A stretch of 64,000 nucleotides of DNA. It comes from Ginglymostoma cirratum (lineage: Eukaryota). Under the pieces are notes generated by a model. The model was not told where the DNA came from. It did no database searches and worked only from the letters and a program-made list of their open reading frames with translations. Location: NCBI GenBank assembly GCA_024137785.1, contig JAHRHZ010000012.1, positions 70,042,853 to 70,106,852 on the forward strand. The letters run 5' to 3'. Position numbers and translations under genes: made by a program. Below are positions 50,457 through 61,200 of the stretch, piece by piece (within the stretch, counting starts at the first letter, position 1; each line of letters starts with the position of its first letter).

Positions 50457-53400
50457 TGAACCTGGTTTAGAAGGCAGTGTGTGATTACATGCAGCTGTAA
50501 ATCAGTTTCCACTTTTTAACCCACATATCCAGTCTTTATTTTCACATCATTACATCAGAGTATTCTGTAAACAATTCTTTAGTTCACATATTTCATATTT
50601 TTGTCATAGTCCTGTGCTTTTAAAATAATTTCTGTTAGGTTACCATGCTGTCACACCATTTCAACTTTGCAATTCCAGACAGCTTGTACTGCTAAGAGAA
50701 GATTATATAAAAGATCATGCCCTGCTTTCCAAATTGCAAAATTTTAGAACAACTCTGCTAGATAACAACTAAAATCAAAGTATTGTATGAAAATAAGGTT
50801 CAACTTTATGAGACTCAACATTACTCCCTGTCCTTAATTCCTGCTTTACCTTAAAGTGCACTTGAATTTGACTACCTTTGGGATAATGTTTAACTGTCTG
50901 CCACAGGAAGCGCAGATGGCAGCAGCTGAAAACATTGAAGATGGTGGGCTGGTGGAGACTGAGGAAGGTGGGGTGGTTTGGTATGATTGGCAGGTTGGAG
51001 TGAGAGGGGTGAATTTTTTTGCAAGGGTTAGGGGTATATATAAGTTTGTCAGAAGTTTCACCTTAGCCTGTGCATTAAAGCGGTAAACGTGTGCGTTGCA
51101 ACTTCAACACAAATGTGTGAATGAGTGGGCTGTCAATCCCCTGGAACAGATGTAGGGTTGCTAAATACGCAAATTAAAATTATAAACAATTTTTCATATA
51201 TTGCTTAGAGAATCAGGCACCATACCTGGTTAACTAGCAGTTCTCAAACGAATCATTGGTGGCTGCTCAATAAACAGTTAAGATAAGCTTGTTTTTACAT
51301 AAGTCCAAGAGGATCAACAATGCCCCTCTGGTTCTTAAAAAAAATCTCTCATTGCTGGTATATTTGGTCACTACAACTTCTCGCTCCCTTTCTATCCCCT
51401 CACTCCCCTCACCATCACCCCAGTGCACTCCATAAGACTTCTTCCTGCCTGACCTTTCAGCTAGATCAACATTAGAGCTGGATAACTTCCTAACTCCTAG
51501 AACAAACAAGGTGCAATGGGATCCCTTTGGGCATCTGTAGCTGCCTAGCAGTTTGCTAATAAATACAAAGCCTCCAAAGGCTTAAGTTCACCCCAACACT
51601 AATGGCAGGTGGAACAGACTCACGCTTTGGATACTACAGGAACCCACACTCATCTCCACCTTCAGTGTGTGCTAAGAATTCTGGGTATTTACAAGTCTCC
51701 AAAATGCTAAATTTGGGTAGCATCGAATTCTAAAGACTAAACGCGGTCTGATTGTACTATGGTACATATATTTTTAACTGTGTTTTATCTTTTTACAACT
51801 TTTCAAACTTCAATGTTCATTGACTTCACTTAATACTACTGTCTAAGTCTATGTAATTTTTTTCCAATGATCCAGATTTCCTAACTAGAAGTGTAGATCT
51901 TTTACAACATTGCAACGCTAGAATATTGTTATAATGGAATCAGCTAACAAGGAATGCTATACTAAAACAGTTTTATAGAGCTATAACTCAATAATTATAA
52001 ACTTGTTGATTTTATCTAAAGTTCCATTAAACTCACAAAATATCATCATGACTGATCTATGGCCTAATTCCGTATACCCACCTTTGCCCCGTATCCCTTG
52101 AAAAACAAATATCTACTAACCTCGGATTTAAAGTCTAGAATTGATCTAGTATTAATTACAGTTTTCAATTCCAAACTTCTATCAACCTTTTACTTATAGA
52201 AGTGTTTCCTAATTTCTTTCCTTAAAGGTCAGGTTCTAATTTATATTTCCCCTGGAACTAGACACCCAGCCAATGAAAAGAATTAAGTTTTATTTATCCT
52301 ACAAGTTCCTCTTAGTACTTTGAAAACTTTTATCAAATCTCCCTTAAACCTTCTAAACTCAAAGGAATACAATCGCAGTTTGTGGAATGCATCCTTGTAA
52401 CTTAACCCTGGATATGGCCGAAGGCTCATTATTTCATTTAAAGGGGAGATAACCAAGACTGGCTCTTCATTGCATTCTAGTGCTCTTGTTACACAGCAGT
52501 GTCAAGATTAAAATTTGCTCTTCAATTTCAAGGAGAGTTGATGATGGGGGGGAGAACGTATAGATGGAGTGGAGAAGGCAAAAGTGTCAACTGATTTGCA
52601 TAATTCACTGTTCTAGGTGGAGGTATATTTGAATAAAGCGCACATCTATCTGGAAATATGACATTAATAGTTTCAAGCAATAACCAAAAACTTGCCCTTG
52701 ATTTATATTTGCATCTGTTGAGAAAATACTTCAAATCTGATAAGCATGCAATTGGAAGCATTATATAGAATAGGATATACTATTTACATAACCCTGCAAC
52801 TATCTTATTTATCCATCATGCAGCCAATGTAAACACTTCAGCTGTATAATCAAGTAAGCTTCTGATTCAACCCATCAGTGACATTGTATGCGACACAGCA
52901 ACACAGAGTAAATTTACATGTTTACTATGTAATCAGAGAAAGCAGTCAAGGTGAAATCTAGTCACTACTAAAGCAGGTCTCTTCAGTGGTTAGAAAGAAG
53001 CTGACAAAAAGACTGTTGGTCTTTGCATCTTTTTATTGTCACAGGTGTGAAGATCTACATATTTATATCTGTTATATAGCACAATTAAATCTCACCTGGG
53101 AATCACAAGGAAACTATTGTACTATACTGTGAATTTTAAATCACCTAAATTGTGATTCTTGGATGAAAAATAAACAAGCTTGGTTTATGATCATCTCCAT
53201 TTATATAAACTTGATCTGTAATTAGAGCTGATTTGTAGTGTAATAAATTGCTTTGCTGCACATATAACGAACAGTGAAACCAGGCACTTTTTAAAATAGA
53301 TCTCCAGGTTCCACAGCTCTTTATTTTACTTTTTAAAACAGATTAGGTATCACCTCTTTGATAGTGCAGTGTTTAACACTTCACTACAAATGGTCATTCA

Positions 53401-54031
53401 ATAAACATTGCCTAACTTTAGAGCTGCTCTTAAAGAAAATCTAAGCATCAGCAAATGGACAGAGGTATGCGGAATGAATCAAGTCTACATAAAGCAAGAT
53501 CAAAGCAAACAAATATATTCTGAAAAAGCTTATTTTATTAACTACAATAAGAAGATAACATAGAAATGCTTTCATCCTCATCTATCTCTTATGGGATTCT
53601 TAAATATCATTGAGTGGTTTACAAATGTGTAAGGAATTTGCATGTGAGTTTTGAAACCAATTTTTTTCCATCAATATCCCACAAAAAGAATACCGTTTAC
53701 TTGTGACAAAACATGCAAAACTCTGCTTTGTCTTTTTGTTTGGCTGCACAATAAACTGAGCAAATTTCCCGTATGATGCTGTTAGACCATTAGGAAAATA
53801 TCAGTCAACGATGTGACGCAGATAATGCACACTTCATACGTTGATGGATTAACAAATCTCTGAAATTCAGTCTTAATTGGTTATCCTTTAATCGCTTGAA
53901 AAGTGTTTTAAAGAATAACTATGACAAAGCGAGTGACTAATTAGTTTGTTAGGACTTAGACATTTCAAACACCTTTGTTTCTATGATTTAATTGGAAGGT
54001 CATAAATGACAAAGAAAAACAAATGTTGTAT

Positions 54032-54145
54032 CAGAGATAAAAAGGTACTGCAGATGCAGGGTTTAGGCCCGAAACGTCAAGTTTTCCTGCTCCTATGATG
54101 CTGCTTGACCTGCTGTGTTCATCCAGCCCCATGCTTGTTATCTCT
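54032..54145. mobile_element. Young Penelope-derived insertion with an inverted 5' piece and a 16-bp flanking direct repeat
   Basis: aaaacaaatgttgtat at 54016-54031 and 54146-54161. Confidence 0.8.
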
Positions 54146-55019
54146 AAAACAAATGTTGTATTTTTTTCACTGTTTATCCAAACGGATGGAAGTATTCTCC
54201 TATGTGGACTCTCTGATGTATTTACTGTACGAGCAATTTAATATCAATAGAAATAAAAACATAATTTAAGACTATCATTTTAGATTTAAAGGCATTAGAT
54301 TTAAATGATCAAAACTTTCTCGGCATTGACATATTTCATAACACTTTTGAATGCCGTTGACAACCTCATTTATCTACAAAGCAGTCAGTGTAATCAGGTG
54401 ACATATTACAGAACACAACTATTTTCCCCAAGGGGTTATCTATCATTAAACCATTCATTTCTCATTTTAGTGCGCAGTTTACATAATTATTAGCTATTTA
54501 AAGAATAGTGGGAAGTTGTGGGTAGATAATTCATAACTGATTTGTTGTTATGTTCAGTGCGGGTTAAACATTTTGTTAAGAAGTGATAAAGAAGTAAAGC
54601 TGTACATATACACTGCTCTGCTAAATATAATACTCTATTCCTTCTGTCTGTAATAATTTTAAAGTTGAAGAAAATGTATAAAATAATATCTCATATGCTC
54701 TTTAATTGAAGAATTCCAAATGAATTAGAGATTGGGAAAACCAAGAAAGGTACTGCTACAAATAGTACCCACAAATAAATCTTTTTCAAGTCTTCTCTCT
54801 AACTGCATTTAGCGTGTGGTGGAAAATCTATTCCATGTTTGAAATTATCACTGTCAGAAGTGACACACATCAAATGTACAAAGTGTCCTTCCATCTACTT
54901 AATATGTTTTTCAAAGATTAAAAACAAGCAAATCACTTTTAATTGAATGATAGTGATTGCTTCAAATGTTTCTTGTGAAAGACCCACAAATGAACAAGCA
55001 GAAGGTAGGGTTAAAATTG

Positions 55020-55739
55020 TATCAGAGATAGTAGGAACTGCAGATGCTGGAGAATCTGAGATAACAAGGTGTAGAGCTGGATGAACACAGCAGGCTAAGC
55101 AGCATCAGAGGAGCAGGAAGGCTGATGTTTCGGGCCTGGACCCTTTTTTCTGAAGAAAGGTCTTGGCCCAAAACGTCAGCTTTCCTGCTCCTCTGATGCT
55201 GCTTGNNNNNNNNNNNNNNNNNNNNNNNNNNNNNNNNNNNNNNNNNNNNNNNNNNNNNNNNNNNNNNNNNNNNNNNNNNNNNNNNNNNNNNNNNNNNNNN
55301 NNNNNNNNNNNNNNNNNNNNNNNNNNNNNNNNNNNNNNNNNNNNNNNNNNNNNNNNNNNNNNNNNNNNNNNNNNNNNNNNNNNNNNNNNNNNNNNNNNNN
55401 NNNNNNNNNNNNNNNNNNNNNNNNNNNNNNNNNNNNNNNNNNNNNNNNNNNNNNNNNNNNNNNNNNNNNNNNNNNNNNNNNNNNNNNNNNNNNNNNNNNN
55501 NNNNNNNNNNNNNNNNNNNNNNNNNNNNNNNNNNNNNNNNNNNNNNNNNNNNNNNNNNNNNNNNNNNNNNNNNNNNNNNNNNNNNNNNNNNNNNNNNNNN
55601 NNNNNGAGCAGGAAGGCTGATGTTTCGGGCCTGGACCCTTTTTTCTGAAGAAAGGTCTTGGCCCAAAACGTCAGCTTTCCTGCTCCTCTGATGCTGCTTG
55701 GCCTGCTGTGTTCATCCAGCTCTACACCTTGTTATCTCT
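55020..55739. mobile_element. Palindromic Penelope-derived element spanning a 400-N assembly gap
   Basis: Inverted arms gagataacaaggtgtagagctggatgaacacagcagg and cctgctgtgttcatccagctctacaccttgttatctc. Confidence 0.8.
55206..55605. other. Assembly gap (400 N)
   Basis: Run of N. Confidence 1.
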
Positions 55740-56435
55740 ATAAGCAGAAAGTAGGGTTGGATTTCAAATTTAAGATGGCAATCGGGCACTTGAAGCAATC
55801 AGGCATCATGTTCCTTCTGTCAAATCCCAGCAATATCAATTTGGTGAGACACCATTTTCACACTGGATTTATTCACACTCTGTTCAATAATATCTAAAAT
55901 AAGAAAACTTAAAAGCAAATTAACATTAAAAGAGTATGTGATACTTTCCAATAGCTCAATACATGCATCCAGTGAGTAGTCAGAGACTAAGGCCAGTAAA
56001 ACTATGAGGAAAAACAGACAGGGTGAGGTTACTGAACAGTTGCGGGATTGGGGTACACACTTTGCAAAGTCTCTTCCCTTCATTTTCCTCCAGGTGATAC
56101 AATAGCACATATTTTGTGTTCTCTTTTTGCAGAACTGTGAAAGGAGGAGGTTTTCTCAAAGGGAAATTCAAGTGAAGAACAAAACCAAGATCTGAAAGAG
56201 GCAGGACTGTCAGTCTAAGGTGTATTTATTTTAATGCAGGGAGTATGACAGGTAAGGCAGATAAACTGAGAGGTTGGATTAATACATATAACTATGATGT
56301 CGCAGCTACTACATCTTGGGGCCTTTTCAGCGAAGCAATATGAGTCCAGCTCAGGACTAAGAAGAGTGCAATCACTTTACTGGGATTGTACTACAGGCCT
56401 CACAACAGCCAGTGGGTGATAGAGGAACAGATATG

Positions 56436-57133
56436 TTAGAATTAGAATTAGCTTTATTTTCACATGTACTAAAATGAGAAGTGAAAGATTTATAAATCAT
56501 CACTTACAGCGCCATCTCAGGTATAACTGTACCTAGGTACAGGTTCCTAGGTACAACATTCTTAGGGAAAAAAAAGTTAGAAAAGTAAAGAAATAAAAAG
56601 TCCAGCATTTCAGATCATAGGAGTAAATTAGAAAATAAAGAAATAAAAAGTTCAGAATAACAATCCTTCCAACCCAGTCCACTCTGGCATTTAGCCTCTA
56701 GTCTGCACTGGGCCTTGACGCCAGACCACTTCAGGTTTCACCTTGAGGCTCCTGAGGCTGGGAAACAGCTCTGGACTCATTTCGAGTTCATAAGTCCACA
56801 CTGAGGCCACGCCTGGCCAAAGAGATACTGCCATGAGACTGCCACACCGGGCCGAGACACTGCCATGCTGAGCCGCTAGGAGATCACCACACCAGGATGG
56901 GAGGCAGCCATATCAAGTCAAGGGATTACATTGCCAGGTTTGCGCTGAGGCTGAGATTTGAGGTTGGTCGGCTCGCCGAGCTGGTTTGTTGTTCCGCAAA
57001 ACCTTGAGGCTGAAATTCTGAGCCCACGCTGAGGCCAAGAAGAACGAAGGGAAAAAAAACACAAAAGAGGAAAGAAAAGAGGAAAAAACAGAAACAGATG
57101 GGGTGGATGAGCTCTGGCTCATCTTGGAAGAGA
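56436..57133 (-). mobile_element. Non-coding retro-insertion inside the CR1 element
   Basis: It interrupts CR1 at EEQIC|GQI, and the minus strand ends AATAAAGC(TAATTC)n. Confidence 0.55.
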
Positions 57134-58686
57134 GCAGATGTGTGGACAGATTATAGGAAAATGTGAAAACAAAAGCTTTTTTGTGGTGGGTGATTTTAAC
57201 TTCCCCTATATTGACTGGGACTGTCTTAAAGCCAGGGGCTTGAATGTGTGTAGTAAGTTACTTGTGTCTAGGACAGTTTTTTGAAACAATACATAAATAA
57301 TCCAACAAGCAAAGGTGCCATACTAGACCTGGTTTTGGCAAATGAGCCCGGCCAAGTGATTGATGTTTCATGGGGGAGGAAATAGTGACCATAACTCTGT
57401 AAGTTTAAAATTAATGACAGATGAGGAAAAGAGTTCTCCTTGGGTGAAAGTACTAAACTGGGGGAAGGCTAACAATCACAATATTAGGCAAGAACTGGGG
57501 AATGTACGTTTGTTGGGGGGTCTGCTGTTTGAGGGTAAATCCACATCTGGCATGTGGGAATTTTTTAAAGGCCAATTGATTAGAGTTCAGGACCAGTGTG
57601 CTCCTGTAAAATAGAAGGATAAGAACAGGAAGATTCGGGAACCTTGGATGACAAGAAAATGTAAAAGATTATTCAAAAAGGAAAAAGAGGCATACATAAG
57701 GTTTAGGAAGTTGAAGACAGAGAGCCCTCGAAGAATGAAAAGATAGCAGGAAAGAATTCAAACAAGGAGTTAGGAGGGCTAAAAGGAGCCATGAAATGTT
57801 TCTGGCAAACAGGATTGAGGAAAATCCCGAGGCGTTGTATACGTATGTAAGAAGTAAGAGGGTATCTAGGAAAAAGGCAGATACATTTAAGGATAAAGGA
57901 GGGAATTCATGAACAGAGCTGGAAGAAGAGGTTGAGGTCCATAATAAATACTTTGCATTGATATTCGCAACGGAGAAGGAGAGAGTCGATGATGAGTCTC
58001 TCATGGGGTATTTTGATATTCTAGGACATGTCAATATAAAAAAACGTGGGTGTTTTGAAATGCATTAAGGTTGACAATTCTCCACGGCCCGATGGGATCT
58101 ATCCCAGAACACTGATGGAGGCAGTAAGGAAATTCCTGGGACCTTGTATAAAATCATGTGTCCCTTTTAGTCATAAGAGAGGTCCTAGAGGACTGGAGAA
58201 TAGCCAACATTGTTGCTTTGCTTAAGAAGCACAACAGGGATAATCCAGGAAATTACAGGCTGCTGATTTTTAATTCAGAGGTAGGAAAACAATTGGAGAA
58301 AATTCTTACAGATAGGATTTATTCATATTTGGAAAAATATGGACATATTAGCAATAGTCGGCATGGTTTTGTGCGGAGAAGGTCATGTCTCATGAACTTG
58401 GTTAAGTATTTTGAGAAAGTGACAAAGATGATTGGTGATGGAAGGGCAGTGGATGTTGTCTATGTGGACTTTAGCAATGTCTTTGACAAGGTAGAAAAGG
58501 TGAAGTCACGTGGGATCCACACTGAGGTGGAAAGATAGTTGCAGAACTGGCTGAGCCATAGAAGACAGAGTAGAGGTGCAAAGGTGCTTTTCTGACTAGA
58601 GATCTGTGACCAGTGTTGTTCTGCAGGGATCAGCGCTAGGATCCAGTTGTTTGCAATATATGTACAAATGATTTGGAGGAGAATAT

Positions 58687-59030
58687 ATCAGAGATAAAAG
58701 GTACTGCAGATGCCGGAGAATCTGAGATAACAAGGTGTGGAGCTGGATGAACACAGCAGGCCAAGCAACATCATAGGAGCAGGAAAGCTTGACGTTTCAG
58801 GCCTAGACCCTTCATCAGAAATGGGGGAGGGGAAGAGGGTTCTGAAATAAATAGGGAGAGAGGGGGAGGCGGATAGAAGATGGATAGAGGAGAGGATAGG
58901 TGGAGAGGAGGCAGACAAGTCAAAGAGGCGGGGATAGAGCCAGTAAAGGTGAGTGTAGGTGGGGGGGTAGGGAGGAGATAGGTCAGTCCAGGGAGGACGG
59001 ACAGGTCAAGGGGGCGGGATGATGTTAGTA
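58687..59030 (-). mobile_element. Penelope-like element terminal (pLTR) fragment nested in CR1, with an intact hammerhead core
   Basis: Same family as 55020; minus strand reads CTGATGA-AGGGTCTAGGCCT-GAAACGTC at 58818-58791. Confidence 0.8.
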
Positions 59031-60839
59031 GGGGAATGTACATGGTTTGGTTAGTACATTTGTAGACGATGCAAAGACTGAGGGAGCTGCTGATAGTGAG
59101 TACAATTGTCAGAGGATACGGCAGAATATAGATATGCTGGAGACTTGGGCAGAGAAATGGCAGATGGAGTTTAATCCGGACAAATGTGAGGTGTTGGATT
59201 TTGGAAGATCTGATGCAGAAGGGACATACATTGAATTTGGCAGAACCCTTAGTAGTGGTTGCCACACTACCAAAGGATGCGGAGGCTTTGAACAGGATTC
59301 AGTAAACATTTACCAGGACGTTGCCTGGTTTAGAGGGCATTTCCAATGAGGAGAGATTGGACAAACTTCATTTGTTTTCACTTGAACATTGAATGATGAG
59401 GGGCGATCTGAGAGAAGTTTGCAGAATTATAAGGGGCATGGATAGAATGGATAGTCAGAGTTACCCAGGTCTCATTGCATCTCCTCATTGCATTTCCCAA
59501 TCTGTTGTTACTCAGATAATAATTTGGTTTCCAGTTTTTGCTTTCAAAGTGGATATTGCCAGCTGTCTCGCTTTAAGGTGAAATTGTGGTAGTCTGTTAC
59601 AAAGAAGTCACTTTAGAAGTTCAACTCCTGTTTCGAGCTGATGAATTGACTACAAATTTTGTTTGGAAACTATAATACAGTTCGAGTAAGCAATTTTTAA
59701 TCTTAATTAATTCTGATGAAAAGTCTTCAACCTGTACTTTAGCTCTGTTTTTCTCTTTGCAGATGCTGCCAGACTCGTTGAGTATTTCTGACATTATTTT
59801 TATTTCCAGATTTCCAATATTTGGCTTTTGACATTTATGTTTTTGTCCTCTGTGGGTATAAGGTATCAATTATTGTTTAAACTATGTGTAATTACTGTGT
59901 GAATTTAATGTTTTTTTTACTTCCTAGATTAGGATCAATAATTCTGTTAATCAGCACAGTGTTAACTTTAACTTTCACATGCTGTTCAAAGGTCTGTCAG
60001 ATGTTTGCTGGAAGGATCACAAATTTGGCCAAAATTCAGATATACTAGACCTTAGCTTAGATCAAGCTTTTTGCAATAATCTTTATTTCCCCTTTTATTT
60101 GCTAATGTGATGTCAGATTCATCACAGGGGCAGCATTTGTTGTCCATTCCTAGTTATTTTTGAGATGTTGTTGGTGGGTTGCCTTTTTGAACATCCTTCC
60201 AGCATAGGTCCTCCAATAGTGCTATTTGAGTAGGGAGTTCCAGGTTTTTGATCCAACTGCAGTGAAGGAGTGATATATAATTACAAGTTACGATATATGA
60301 CTGGAGGGGAACCTGCAGGCAGTGGTATTCCTATACATCTGCTTATCTTTGTCCTTCTAGGTGGTAGAGATCATGAAATTGTAAGCTGATGAAGCTTTAG
60401 CGAGCTAAACTGTTGTAAGCAGAGTCTCCACCTACCCCTAGCAAAGCTGTTGAGTAATGGGTAGGTCAAATTATTGTTTTCACAGGGTAAGTCTCGCACA
60501 GATCAGTTCATGTGCAGGTACCGGCATGGTGACTGAGAGAAGGGGAATATAGCCAGTGGGCATCTTGCATTTCTCTAAAGGGCCCACTGATGTGGCCACA
60601 AGAATATTGATGAATACACAATCTTCTACCCACTTCCATCTTACAGCACTGACACCCAGCAGCATTCCCAATCTTCAAGCCCTGCTCCTCCTCTAGGTCA
60701 CACTGATGAACATGGATTCCGAAAAAGTACATTCAGTCACCTAGAAATGTGATCGGACTGTGCAAAATAGCATCCAAGAGTCCAAAATGGCAGCAAGCTT
60801 GTGTGTAATTCTTCCATGGTGTAAGTGCACCATCGTCTA

Positions 60840-61200
60840 CGGGTATGGAGAGGCTAGATGCAGAAGGAATGTTACCAATGTTGGCAAAGTCCAGAACAAG
60901 ATATCACAGTCTAAGAATAAGAATGAGCCATTCAGGACTGAAATGAGGAAGAATTTCTTCACTCAGAGAGTTGTGAACCTGTGGAATTCTCCTCCATAGG
61001 ATGTTGTTGAAGCCAGTTCATTAGATGTATTCAAGAGGCAGCTGGACGTGCCGCTTGTGGCTAAAGGAGTCAAGGGGTTTGGGGAGAGGGCAGGAATGGG
61101 ATACTGAGATTTTGTGATCAGTCATGATCGTCTTCAATGATGGTGCAGGCTCAAAGGGCCAAATGGCCTACTCCTGCACCTATTTTCTGTTTCTAGGTTT
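60840..61200 (+). mobile_element. CR1 LINE 3' end
   Basis: ORF tail FRTEMRKNFFTQRVVNLWNS and 3' tail gggccaaatggcctactcctgcacctattttct. Confidence 0.85.

Larger units (their letters stand above)
56190..59470 (+). mobile_element. Decayed CR1 (HER1-like) LINE ORF2 (endonuclease and RT) with two nested insertions
   Basis: CIYFNAGS (endonuclease start); GDFNFPYIDW near 57190; ORF 58158..58538 (EDWRIANIVALLKK...NPGNYR...HGF...VDVVYVDFSNVFDKV); FVDDAK...WQMEFNPDKCEV. Many stops and frameshifts. Confidence 0.9.

Noticed and set aside
55022-55691. Long ORFs of 161-214 aa around 55.0-55.7 kb
   Set aside because: Artefacts of translating through the N gap and a palindromic repeat.
56780-56900. Short spaced repeats that could resemble a CRISPR array
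   Set aside because: Imperfect, irregular units inside a eukaryotic retro-insertion, with no unique spacers and no cas genes.
58158-59349. RT-like ORFs as a functional or domesticated gene
   Set aside because: Fragmented by stops, frameshifts and a nested insertion; ordinary dead CR1.
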